Assembly (NCBI GenBank): GCA_013265495.1
Contig: MU058781.1
Span: forward strand, 600,963 to 664,962
DNA: 64,000 nt
Direction: 5' to 3'
From: Vicugna vicugna
Taxonomy: Eukaryota
Below are positions 23,244-36,120 of the stretch, in pieces. Below the pieces are notes generated by a model. It worked only from the letters and a program-made list of their open reading frames with translations, was not told the origin of the DNA and made no database searches. The position numbers and the translations under genes are program-made. Every line of letters starts with the position of its first letter. Position 1 is the first letter of the stretch.

Positions 23244-24382
23244 TTTACCTTTCATTTTTGAAGGTTGTTCCTCCTACCCACCAAATGTTGAAAATACAGA
23301 AATAGAAAATTAGTCATCTATGTGTTCTTCAGCATAAAGGATATTGGCCCCTTTCGTTTATTTGTTCCTGGATTTATACTTCATTATTTTGGGAAATTTG
23401 CACCTATAGCCTAGATATCATTATTATATGCTGGGTCCTTGTTGTAGTTATTTAAGTTTTTTTTTCTTAGAAATTCAGAGTGGATTTTATTCCAAATAAA
23501 ATACGTAGCTTATTATCTTTAAAGGGGAAAGTTACTGACTTTCATACTCTTATGAAGAATACATAGTTATATATGTGATTTCTTATACAGCATAGAGATG
23601 ATCTTTAAATAAGTATATATGTAATAGAGAATATAAGATTTTTACTAATTTACAAGTGTATATTTGACTCTTTCTCCACTTTTATTCATAGAGATATGGC
23701 ATTTGTATGCATGAAGAAAATATATCTCAATCTGTAATCTGAATATATATACACAGGTAGACATACTCTCAGTATCAAAAGATGCAGCATCACATGTTAA
23801 AGTGTAATTTTTATTATCCTTACAAATAAATATACGTGCACAGAAATATTTTAAAGAAATTATACTTGAATAAAAATCTGTTTTTATTTTTTAAGTAGGA
23901 ATACTTGACTCATTATTGAATTTCAGCGTGATCATTTCTGCTACTTTCAAACTTTAAAAACTTCTATACACTTAAAATAACAATTTCATTCACTTTTATT
24001 GTGGCTTATAATCATGAAACACCGAAGTTTGTGTGATATGTAGGGATTCTGTGATGTGCCATCTTGTTTTAATAAGAAATGAACCTAGAAAAAACACTTG
24101 GATGAGACAGAAACAATGTTTTAAGTTCATCGCCTCAATTAATTTAAAACCATTTGTGGCTCAACAAAATTTAAAATATATTTGTTTTTGCTCTTTCTTT
24201 TTTGTAATATTATTAGGTAAATATCCTTTTTTTAATTCACTAAATTTATTCATTACAATATTCTTGTTTTTCAACAAAATGTCTAAGAAGGTTCTCCTTT
24301 GAGAAAGCAATCCTCTCACTAAATTGCACACTTTTTTTATCATGGAAATAAGAATAAACCATTATTTATTTAAAATTACATA

Positions 24383-24505
24383 ATTGGAAGGCATAGAATT
24401 TGAAGTCAAAACTGATGTTGAATCACAATGATGCCACTTAGTAAATGAAAGTTCTAAAAACCTTACTTAAACTTTCTGAGATTCAAGTTCATCAGCCAAA
24501 ATAAC
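24383..24505 (+). mobile_element. MIR fragment
   Basis: ggaaggcatagaatttgaagtcaaaactg..ttgaatc..tgccacttagta...ttacttaaactttctgagattcaagttcatc. Confidence 0.6.
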
Positions 24506-24789
24506 AAAATCCCCAAATAAGAATATATAGTGCATGTTTTCAAAAACATTACTTTTCTTTGTTTTTGAAAACAGCCATCATTATTCTGTTTCACAGGAAA
24601 AAATTAAAGACTTTCTTTGGTATTATTTTAATGGGTAATTTTTTATTTCAGTTTCTGAAATTCAAAGAAGTAATGAAATAGAGGACTGTCACCTTTCTTT
24701 TGACGTTATGAAAACTTTGTTCATGATTAATATTACTAATAATTGATATGTGAATTTAAAAGTGAAGTTATACTAACAAATATTTAAAG

Positions 24790-25160
24790 CAATAATCATC
24801 TGTTAGAATGGGCAAAATGAGACATATACTCATGAAAAGCTAGTGAAAGTTTTTATTTGTATAACTTTTGGGGAAAATATTTTGTCATTATCATGGACCT
24901 CCAGAGAGTTTATATCCTTTATCTTTCCCACTGTATCTATGATAATTCTACTTCTAGGAATCTGTCCTAAAAAAATAAAAATGTAAAAGACTGTACAAAA
25001 ATATTTATTATAATATTGTCTATTATGCCAAAAATTTGGAAACAAAAATTATATAACTGGATTTTTAAAAAATAAACGGAAATAAAATGCTCATGGTATA
25101 TAGTATTAAGTTCAAAAAAGCTTACAGAGCTACGTATATATAAAGAACTAATACACATTT
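24790..25160 (+). mobile_element. Old L1ME 3' region
   Basis: ataattctacttctaggaatctgtcctaa...tgtacaaaaatatttattataatattgtctattatgccaaaaatttggaaacaa. Confidence 0.7.
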
Positions 25161-25706
25161 GTTCCACCTTTCAAAAAAGGAGAATAATCAAAACCACTCT
25201 GGGCACTGACATTTTTTTCTCCATTAACACATGCTGATTCTAATGGCATTTGAAATAAAAACCTCTTTCTTCTAAACTCCATATGCTACTGAGAATACAT
25301 AATTTTGTTTGTTTTTTTTTACTGTGAATGATTTCCAGTCAATTCTAGATAAATCACACTCTGCAAAGATCTTCATACTTCGTCATAAAGCCACAGATAA
25401 ATAATCCAAATACTTTTGCCAGGGTCAAGTAGCAGCTACTCAGTTTCCAAACCAGAACAGCCGCTCAAGCTCATATATCAGTTTAATTTTCCTAGTTGCA
25501 GATAGTCTTTCTGCAGTTTCTTTCTTCATATAAGGTAATATGTGAGTTTGAGGTTTTAATGGTTTCACACAGATGGCCCAGGGTCTGGCCTAGGTGAAGC
25601 TGGGAAACTCACACTGAAATCTTGGTCAGCCCTCCCCTTGTGAAGCACACGCGCTGTCACTTCCTGCTCAGATAGAAGGATCCCTTCACTCACACTTTCC
25701 TTACAA

Positions 25707-25846
25707 CAGTCTTTCCCAAACTATGGCATAGTGGAGTCACCTGAAGGCCTTGTAGACCACTAATACCTGGCTTCCACACCCAGATACTCCGATTTAATTG
25801 GCACAAGGTGCCACCTAAGTGATCCTAGCGTGCAGCAGTTTGAAGT
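25707..25846. mobile_element. MER5A/MER5A1 (hAT-Charlie MITE) remnant
   Basis: cagtctttcccaaact...gagtcacctgaaggccttgt...cccagatactccgatttaattgg...taagtgatcctagcgtgcagcagtttga. Confidence 0.7.
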
Positions 25847-26247
25847 CAGAAGGAGATATGATTAGGGGTTGATTTACTGACCTGATATGGAAGGAATAAG
25901 GAAAGATAGAGGAGGCAAGATAACAGCAAACAGGGAATTATTTAAAGCAACAAAATTTCTGTAAAATTTCCAGTTCGATTTTGTTAACTAAGAGTCACTG
26001 AATAGTCTACCTGAGAGCAGCTATGGGAAACTATATTTAAATTAAACAAAATTAAAGTAGAAAAAGATGATACTTTCCCATTAACTGCTTTAAAATGTGC
26101 ATTAGTAATGCATTTAAGGTATAGTATTTTTACCACATTCCCCAATTTTTTTTTACTGCTGTTAAGTTGTACCTATACAAACCCTGGACAGTGCTTAATA
26201 ACTATGTTAAAAAATTAATATTTCCTTCCAACCCCTAAATATGAATA

Positions 26248-26585
26248 TTTTCCCAAGGATTTGTCTTCAGCCATCTTTTCCCCAGTTATTCTCCCTTTGT
26301 TAACAACCTAACTTAAACTTACAGGTCCAACTAAAACCTTGAAGCAGATGACAACTCCAGGCTGACATGTCTCCCAGGTTGCAGTCCTACACTTGTATCT
26401 GTTCATTGCCATCTCAGCGTGTGATGGTATTTCACTGCTAACGGATCCCACGTGAGCTCTTTAACATCCCACGTAATCCTAGTCCTCTTCCTGTGATTTC
26501 TATTTCTGTGGATGACATCACCATTTCCCGGTGATTCAGTTTTAAATGTTTGCATTTCTTAGGGTTTGTGTCTTCTCTTTCTTCT
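26248..26585 (+). mobile_element. L2 internal fragment
   Basis: cccaaggatttgtcttcagccatcttttc...gcagatgacaactcc...tatttctgtggatgacatcaccattt. Confidence 0.55.
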
Positions 26586-26899
26586 ACAGTCTGCCAGCTC
26601 CTTCCAGCCTTTCTTCCCTGCAGCTTCTCTCATCCCCTTGCTGTGTACCCAGCAGGGCCAGCCACTGGTTTCCCGTTAAACTAGGATACATGACCAGGTT
26701 GTATGAGAAGGAGCTGACCTTAAAAAAAAAAAAAGCATCTAACAAAGTTATTGGTACAGGCAGTGAGTATGCATTAATGAATTCAAAGCCAATTGAATTC
26801 CTTCTGGGGTAGCATATAAAGATGATTAAGACATGCCTGTGTCTTTGGGGAGAAAAGAAAAAATGGATGTAAATAAAGATAAAAATATTAACAAAATTA

Positions 26900-27078
26900 G
26901 CAATAAAAAGAACCCGTAGCCCTGTGCTAAGCATTCTGCATGCATTGTCTCCTTTCATTGTTAGGATAACCCTGTAGGTAGGAAAGATGAACTGAAAGCT
27001 CAGAGACTTCGAGTAATCTGCTGAAGGTCATAAGGCTAAAGTGTCAAAGTGGGGATTTAAATACAAGTCTTCTTGGCA
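26900..27078 (-). mobile_element. MIR SINE
   Basis: ctgtgctaagcatt..catgcattgtctc...aactgaaagctcagaga...aaggtcata...ggggatttaaatacaagtct. Confidence 0.75.
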
Positions 27079-30000
27079 TAGAAACGGCAGTGTGAGCACG
27101 TGTGTAACTGGGACATCCATGCATGTATTTACTGAAAGGCTCTCGGCCATGCTTGGCAGATACAGCGATAGACACATCTAATAAATCTAAGGTAAGGTTC
27201 TACATAATAAAGCAATGAAGATGTTACCAATTATTCTTTACAGATTATACGAGGGTCATTTTGGGTACTGGAGAATGGATGCTACTTCTGAGAGGGGAAG
27301 AGAGATGGGGGCTTATTTACTCATATTCTGGACCCCATTTGCTTCTAGAAGTATTTAAGTACTTGGTTGAGCATAGTCCAACTTCTTTTTTTTTTTCCGT
27401 TTTGTTTTTGTGCGCCAGCAATGGTAGCAAAGGTCAAATCCTATCCTTAATTGGCACTTCCTGACAAAATGCTTCTCTTAAACAAATACATCTATAATTC
27501 AGAACACTGATTAGGAAGGTAGAGTTCCTGGTTTCCTTTCTCTCGTCTGTCACTAAGTTGTGTGGCTTGCTGTGAGTCAGAAACTCATAGGGTCTTTATT
27601 CCATTACCTCTAAAAACAGAAAAACAGAAGTGGCTAAATTATTCCACAGCTCATTTGTGAAGATAACTTCAAGACAAAATGATGCAAAATTGTAACATTA
27701 TAAAAGATGCCAGGTGCAAAATATTCAAATATAATTTGTCTTATGATGCAGTATTAATCTTAAAATTGACTTTAGAATTTGAATCCACTCCTATCTCCTC
27801 ACTTTAACAATGAGAAGTCAGGTCCACAGAAATGTAGTGATCAGCCCAGGCTCACAAAGCTAGTTCACTTCACACTACCCAGGCCTTCTGATAGTCTAAG
27901 CTGTTCAAATCAGTATGTTTTTTCCCGGCATATTTCTCTGCTGCTACTTAATTCATAAACATTTCCATGGACCTTCTTAATATGAGCACAGGGTGACTGG
28001 AATAGTCGACAGGATTCCGGGATCCACACGTGCCTGGAAAAATGCTTTGTCTATAACTGGAACTCAAAACTATTTCCTGGATGGCAAGTGAGGTGCAAAA
28101 ACGAAAATGGACATCTGTCTAGAAGGTCACGTTTGTGGCCCTACACACCTGCTCAGATCATTATCAAACCCCTTAGGTACTCTTTTTTGCATATGAAAGG
28201 AATCACAAGTTTAACTCACTTAAACATATTAATATTAGAGAAAGTTCTGGTGGATACAGATAATGCAGTTTTATTTGAGAAGTAGGAGTAGAAATTGTAT
28301 TTTTATTTAAAAAGTACCATTATGATACCAAATGTCTTAATAGATACCATATAGTTTTATTTCGGTTTTCTACCCTATACAGCAAGGAAGATAAAATCTG
28401 AGTCAGCATGAGCTCTGAAGCTTTCTGAGACTTTAGTTATTCTTTATTATTCATTTATGCAACATGCTTACATTTCCATTTTTTTTCCCCACATCTGTTT
28501 CATTTTGAAAAGGATTCTTTCCAGTAGTTGCATACAGGTCGTGATCAACTCGTAAGAGATTAAAATCTGAAAAAACAAGACAAATCTGACATTTTCCCCA
28601 ATGGTCAAGCTAGGCATGTTATGTAAGATTTTATTCCTTTCCGTTGATTACAACAACTGGGATTTTAGTTTAGAAATGCAAAAAGAAATCAATCCCCCAA
28701 TCACTTTAATTTCTATATTAGAATTTACAAAACCTGATACTTAAAGAATTAAAATGTTTTGACAGGTTATCCTGTATATGCACATATCATACATATATAC
28801 ACCAGTTTATGGAATGTTGTTTCCCTTTTAATTACCAACCTTCTGATAATGGTTACGTTTTTTCTTACATATGTCAGAGTGCTTTTATGTGCGTTGTCTG
28901 TTATTGAAAGTCTTCTGTCAGTTTTCAGAGTCATTTTCCAGCTTTCAGTCTGTCTTTTGACTAATCTGATTTTTGTCTGTCTAACTCTTCTGCTGTCTAA
29001 GTTCTTTAGCGAGCTTTCACTGGGAGCTAGGAAGCATTACGGTATATGTATTGTGCCCTGTTTACCAACAAGCTTTATGCAAGCAGCTTAATTAAAATAC
29101 TTGGCTGTGGTGAAAAGGATGATACAGGCTGTTACTTTTCTTAAGGTTTTCAGTATCTTAAAAGTGAATGGACAATGTTATTGTATAGTAAAAAAAAAGA
29201 AGAAGAAGTTAATCATTGATATTTCTCTTTGTATCACTGTAAGAAATTTTATCAGACAAAAATTTAGTAATATTTTGTTTGAAATATAACTCAATCTTTA
29301 CACATATATGAGTTCTTAAATTTGTATTTCATGATTAAAAGCTACAGTTTGAGAACTCCTAATGCAAATATGTTACTTTTTAAACATTCGTGAAATTATG
29401 TTCATCTTTGCTCCCTGTCATTCCTGCTGCTCCCGTAACCATCTCCCTTTGGAAAGGGTGAGTGAGGATGGGCGGTTGGTACACATTTTAGAAAATCCTG
29501 TGTTTTCTTTAGCTCTGCTTCAGGCCTGTGGTCTTTGAAGTAATTTTCAGTGGTCTCTTACTAGTGTAAAAGTTTGGTCTCCTGTTAAATTGCCACCTGT
29601 GCTAAGGAGAGCTAATCCATTAGGGTCGCGCAGCTCTAAGAAGGTGCCATGGTGCCTGGGGCAAGCTCTTGAGTTTCAGTTATAGCAGCTGCTGGGAGAT
29701 GAGTTTGGGATGGTCCTTGTTAGAGAAATTAGACAGATCAGGAAGTAAACAGAGGTGCCTTTCATCTGACCCAGCTCTGAGACAGGAAGGTGGGGCAGGG
29801 GGGGAATTCCTCTCCTAATTACTTTATGGGTCAGTTCTCTGAGACTGATGTCAATGTCTGACACTCGTAATCTTTAGAGGAAATTTTTTAAAAAGAGAAA
29901 GGAAAAGAAATTATAAGCCACTGAAGCTGTCAAGTTTTTCCCTCTGAAAATGTCTTGCCCTCTTGTATTTGCAGTACCGTGTGCAGGACTGTGTGGGTCC

Positions 30001-30435
30001 TGCCCTTCCTCCACGGAGGAGCGGCTGGAGGAGGAAGATTGCAGTGCAGCTCTCCTGAGCTGAAAACCTCCCCCTAAATTTCAAGAGTGCCCCCTTTCTG
30101 TATCGGTTTATTTATTTTAGGTTTTTATACTGCATTTCATTGCACTTGATGACCTGGGGCAAGGTCTACCTGCTGTTTTCCTGTTTGTCTCATCATCTTT
30201 TTGAATTGACCTCTCAAAATTTAGCCATGTCGAGCAGCTGCCTGAATCCTTACTGAGCAAAACATAAGTGGCGTAGAATCAAATGTCTGTTGCCAATTTG
30301 TGCTACCAGGTTTAAGAAAGGATAGCTAGAGAAAACAGTGTACATACTTACTTGAGATGAAAGAATAATTCAAAGATTACTTCAGACAGACACTTTGCAA
30401 CTTCCACTTTCTTATTTGCTTTAATATGTTTACTT

Positions 30436-30519
30436 CTTTTTTCTTCTGGTTTTTAAAAAAAATTTTTTACCTTTTTTAATTGAATTATAGTCATTTTACA
30501 GTGTTGTGTCAAATTCCAG
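30436..30519 (-). mobile_element. Very short camelid L1 3' tip
   Basis: tatagtcattttacagtgttgtgtcaaattccagtgt matches the L1 end at 22.9 kb; TSD-like TGTTTACTT at 30427-30435 and 30520-30528. Confidence 0.7.
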
Positions 30520-30629
30520 TGTTTACTTTTATGTGCTGGATTGTCCTTTTTTTTTTTTTTCCCAGAACACAGATTCACTAACTTTTTTAACAACACAAAC
30601 AGTAGGCTATCTTGTTTCACGTATATTCA

Positions 30630-30945
30630 AAACATTCTACTTCTATATTGGATACGTCTTAAAGAAAATGTAAAAAGATTAGATAAACAGAGGAAAAAGA
30701 CAAGTGTTGGTAATGCTGAAATACTGTTTTTCTAAACAGATGTGCATATATGCTTCCAAAATGGGATCACAAGTACATGCTATATTAAAACCATGTTTTT
30801 GCTTAGCAATAATGAGAAAGTTTAAATGGTCAGTGATGTTCCATTGTGGTGGATGTCTCTGCTGTAATATTGTGCATAATGTTTACTGTGTAATTTCCTC
30901 AAGGAGGAAGATAAGTGCATTTCCATGCTTTGCTTTGACAGAACT
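30630..30945 (-). mobile_element. Old L1ME 3' end fragment
   Basis: caaaatgggatcacaagtacatgctat...gcttagcaataat...catttccatgctttgctttgacag. Confidence 0.45.
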
Positions 30946-31885
30946 CAAAAAATGATGGTGATGATTCAAAGTTCTTTCTTTTGGTAATGTCTAACAATCA
31001 TATTTAATTCAAATATTATCTTTTCTGTTATACCTTTTTCAGATTAAAGATATAAAACTGTTTTGATATTAATGAGATTGATAAAGAAAATGAAAACACC
31101 CTAAACTAAGATAAATGTCTACTTTCAACCCCAAAAGTACCTCAAAGATTATCATTATGAATTAATACAATAGATGATCTCCTGCTAGAGGTAACAAGAT
31201 TGGTTACAAATTTTGTTTCTGTGGAAAGTACAATCTTTGGAAGTGAAACCTTACTTGTTAGGCAAGTTAGTTTTTGCAAATAAAAGTAGAACTCATAAAT
31301 GCTGCAAAATACTTACTTCAGAGGACAAGTGGGTGATTTTAGAAACTGTAGAATTTTATAGTTCAAAATCCCTTGAAAGGCTGAAGGTCCTTCAGGAAAT
31401 TGATCGCTATGCTCTTTAAAGAGTCATTTCTTTTCAGCATCTACTTAAGTGACTTGCCAAATGAGTGAAACTTTATTTCCTTCAGTTTGGAGAATCCAGT
31501 CAATTTCAAGGACCAGCTTTCTATCAGCACCTCACACTTTCCCTTTGCCTAGCTCCTTCCCTATGTATCCTCAGAATTCAGGCATATTCACAGTATTCCT
31601 GGGAGATGCTCTAGTCTTTGACCTGTTTTCTGGGTAGTGATGCCCTTAGCCCACTGGGTCACACTTCTCCCATTCTGTGTTCAGTGACATGTGACTGGAC
31701 CACTTGGCATTCTAGTATTTCATACGGGCACCTGATATGAAGGTCATGGTTCCTCCCATGATGTCTTGTTCACTGAATCTTCTCCTCCCAGTCTCCAGCA
31801 TCTTCAGATACCCTATCTTTCTCAGTACACCCTCATCTCACACCCAGATCAACTGAACTCTTGGATCTACCTCCCCACCACTCTC

Positions 31886-31886
<1 letters not shown>

Positions 31887-31933
<47 letters not shown>
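31887..31933 (+). repeat. Perfect (AC)23 microsatellite
   Basis: Directly visible. Confidence 0.97.
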
Positions 31934-31935
<2 letters not shown>

Positions 31936-33043
31936 GTGATCTGAGGTCTAGTGTGGTATTTACTCTCTCCTCTCTAGTGCCTTGTAGCATCATTTTATGC
32001 TGTGCTGAATGTAGGACCTCCCCGAGAGGATCGCAGACATTCCAGGATAACCTTTGGAAACTAGAACTGGAGTATGATTGTGTCTCTCTGCACTTGAGGT
32101 GAAGGTTGTAGCCCCATCTGAAGTTAGGGCCCCTTTTTATTAAGGTTCCTCCTCTGACTTTCCCCTCCAAATTCTTCTCTGAGTTTCTCCTAGTACAGGA
32201 GGAATTTGCCCTTCTTATGTGGAAGCGACTTCCCTGATTTCACCCCCCTCTTCCTCTAAATACCATGGCTTACAGTAAAACTGTACACTCCTAACATGAA
32301 GCTGTTCTCTTGATTTAAAAAGGAAAGTGATCTGGGTAGGACATCTTTTTCTCTTCGAAGAATTTCAGACTTTAAAGACTAAAATCTTATTGAAAACTTT
32401 ATATTTTTGGTTCTAAGCTCAAAGCTGAGTGTCACTGTTCTGTTTTGGGTAATGGCTGGCCTTTGAATGAAGCAGTGAATATCCTAAGGCCCAGGATGTC
32501 CAACAGTCAACGGCAGCACAAGGCTGCCAGACAAGCAGACACTGCAGAAACACCAGCCTAGGGAAAGAACTAAGGATTCCTTCCCGTGCCACTGGGAAGC
32601 TATTTGCCATTAACTCCAAATGCTATCATGGGAGAAGGATTGTTACAAGGAGGAAATGGGGCCAATAAAGAATTTGAAATTTGAATTGCCTGAATAATAC
32701 CTATGAGATCCTTAAGCCAGAGACCACATAAGACTGATTAATAAGAGTAAATTTCACCCCTCTTAAATGACTTCTCCCCTTTCCCAAGATGGCATTTCCG
32801 TGCAAGGTAAAAAAAAAGAGTCATTTGTTCTTTTGTGTAATACAGTCCAGTCTATGTAATAAAGTTGGATGTGGGCACATACTTAGTATATTTTAAAGGC
32901 TTAACACATTTTCAGGCACAGGATGTGTACTCAAAGCTTATTACGTTTATTGGGTTACTTTTGGTATGATTGCTATTAAATACATGTCATTAAGCCATCA
33001 CTTCAATCTATGAAGCCTTTTTGCATCATGATTTTTCATGATG

Positions 33044-33111
33044 TGTGCATCACAATTTTTTTAATATATTTTCTTTTGTGCATCACAATTTTTTTTAATA
33101 TATTTTCATTT
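33044..33111 (+). repeat. Tandem duplication of about 33 bp (TGTGCATCACAA-T(n)-AATATATTTTC...)
   Basis: Copies start at 33044 and 33077. Confidence 0.9.
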
Positions 33112-34351
33112 GTAATATCCTGGATATTTTTCTCTGTCAATAAACAGTTAATGATAGAATTATTTGTAATGGCTGAATGAATCTACTAGAATTTGGCATT
33201 AGTACTATAGGGACAGTTAGGGGCCAACTGTCCCCTCATGTCTGCAATGGAAACTTCCATATTTTAGCTGCATCATGTCAAGTGCCCAGCTACAGACCGT
33301 GCACACACATGTGCAGATACACACACAGACGCACGGACATGGGCAAAGATGCATACACACATGATCGTAAGAAATGGGACTGAAGAACCTGAGCTTTTCT
33401 GTCGTCATCTCTTGGTTGTGGAAATACTGAAACCCTTTTGTTTCTTTCTTTCGCTTAATTCTATTTGGCATTGCTTTGAAAGTTCAACTTCAGGACATGG
33501 TACAAAAGTATTGTATCTTAAGTACATTACTAATGCACATTTTAAAGTAGTTAATACCATAATATTACCTTTTTCCTATTTTAATTTCCACCAGTGTAAT
33601 GGAAATAAATAATAGGATCAGTGAGAGAAAACAGGCAATTGTATAATGGAGTAAATTATCCTTCTTACATTAAATTTGTGTGAGGTTGGGCTAAGAGAGT
33701 GAAAGGAATAAAAAAGAAAACATGGCGATCTTTTAATGAAAACTGATCACTCGAGAAAATTCCATTTGTTGGTAGATGCCGTCACATTCCTTCTCCTGTA
33801 AGTAAGGCATGGAGTTCGTCTGGTATTTGCTAAATTGGTTTCAGAAGGTACTCAATCTACCTATAAAAAATGAGCCCTCACTCTATCATAAATAGATTAC
33901 AAAAATATTCCCCAATTGGGGGAGACAAGGGACTCGATCCTAGGGGAGAAAACATCCTGTGTATGTATGTGCAGTTTAATGCCACATCCAAACAGTGCTC
34001 TTCTGTGCTGCTGATTCCCTTCAGTGGTTGAAATGAGATTTGGTGTCAGTATTATCAGAATTTAATAATGAATGAATATTGTTATTTTATTCCTGGAAAG
34101 ATTATGCATTCACTTTAACAGAGAAACATTTATTCTCTTTTGATTATGACGGTACTCATCAATTTTTCATTTCTCTCATAAGTGCTCATGATAAGGATAA
34201 TGAAGTTGAGATGAGCAATTCATCAGTTTCCGATAAAGATTTGTTAAGGACTTCTATTATTCTAGAAACTCTCCCTCATTTATCCAGTGCAGCACTAATA
34301 TTAATCCCTTTCCTTGCCTTAAATTTGTCTTCCTCTAATTTTAGAGATTGA

Positions 34352-34422
34352 TAAATGAGATAATGTACCTAAAAGTGCTTTGTAAACTCTGAAGTGCTAC
34401 ACAAATGTAAGGTATTATTATT
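34352..34422 (+). mobile_element. MIR-family 3' tail
   Basis: aaatgagataatgtacctaaaagtgctttgtaaactctgaagtgctacacaaatgtaaggtattattatt. Confidence 0.7.
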
Positions 34423-35974
34423 TAAAATGATGATGTATGCTTGGCGTTTACAATGGTGCTTTTTGTTTAATAATGATGTCTAGTTCTTCTCAATTGCTTG
34501 GAGGATAAACCGAAATGGCTCATTGATTGGTAAATTAATGCTACAGTCTTTCCTGTGTATAGGTTTCTGAGATGATCATTATTCCTATCTTGAGGATTTC
34601 ACGTGATGCAGCAAGGATAGAAACATGGCTTTTTAACATTTCATGACTCCACTCTGCCAGATGAAAGGGCACTGCTTTTAGATGTGCTTCCGTACTCCTT
34701 GTGCTCTATTCCTCTTTTAATCCTTTTGACACTAATGAGCACTGAAACGCTCTATACGATCTCAACACTAAAGGAAACTTCATCTTAGGGGCTCTGATCT
34801 CTAAAAGTATTTTGCTTTTCACTTATCTTTTTTTAAAAGTCAAAACATACTTTAGAATGCGAAGCAAACAGAATTTTCTCCTGGGCTTGATTTTTCCCAT
34901 GTCCCCAAGTGTCCTCTTTGATGCCCTTCGATATTATAAATTGGTTTGTGTTCTAAACTGCATCGGTAGGGTCCCATGGAGTCACGTCTAAAACAAATCA
35001 TCTCTGCTCTCATTTTTTAGAGTTTGAATTACACAGTCTAACTTCTCTACAAAAGCCAATCACAGCCAGCCTATTATAATCCACGTGTGTGTTTGAGCCC
35101 TTGACAAATGTATCAAAAATGTAAAATGATTTTGGGGGGATATTTAAAAACTAAGTGTGTGTTGTGTTAGGATAATGGTTTTCAAACCCAACACCAAACG
35201 GAATGGATCCTGTGAAGTGAAGAACACCAGAATTCAATCTGTTGTGTGCTGTAAGCCAGAGTGAGAGAGGCTTAGTTTTAGTCTGAAGGAAGACAGGGAG
35301 CAAAAGAACCTGCTATTGACTGGAAATTGTTGATACATTCCTTGTGAATATGAAAAAGTAAATTCACGGCAGAGATGCTCCTATGCAAAACCGATGTGGT
35401 TCTGAAAGAGTGAATAATTAAACAACTGTAGGCCCTTTAAGACACTCATATTAGAGTATAATTGTTCTGTGTCATGTATTGCTTTGAGACTTTAGGTTAC
35501 TTCAGCTCGGCTAACTGTTACTCCAGCTTTTCAAGTATACCGTAAATTCTGCTGCTGCTCTACAAGATTAGCAAATCTTAATCCCATCCAACAAGAAACG
35601 AGTTACTAAAGAAAAAAGATCTTGTTATGTAATTGTCTTATTTAGTAGCCTGAGTGAAACATTCTAATAGGATGTCACTTATAACTGGTTTTAGTCAGGG
35701 TCATATGTCTTATATTCCCGGCAAGTTATTTATTCTGAAAGTAGAAAATCAAAGCCAACACTACCCACTAGCTCTTGAAAGAGTTCACTTTCCTTATGTA
35801 TATAAACACTTGTCAGAGAACATTTGATTCATTCTGAGCCACTACAAAATTGGCACATTTTTTATTTTCTTAGTACATATATTTCAGAGAGGAGAAATGA
35901 AGAATTTTATTTTTGTGAAAAAGAAAACAAGTTTACCTTCTGAAGAATGGAGCTGTGGGAACACGAGGAGCCTG

Positions 35975-36120
35975 AGATGTGAGGAGAAGAAACGGGGCCG
36001 CGGCTGGCAGGTCCCACCGGGACCGAGAGCGGGCCGCCGGGAGCCCGGCTCAGAGCTGCGGAGCCGCGCTGCGGGCCCCGGTCCGACTGCGCCGCACAGC
36101 GCGTTGCACGGGGACCCGCT
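35975..36120 (-). mobile_element. MIR remnant converted into a CpG micro-island
   Basis: gaagaaacggggcc resembles gaggaaactgaggc; gcggagccgcgctgcgggccccggtccgactgc resembles gcagagccgggattcgaacccaggtctgactcc; about 21 CpG in about 130 bp. Confidence 0.6.

Noticed and set aside
29975..30110. Possible exon after ttgtatttgcag
   Set aside because: No convincing donor and no recognisable peptide
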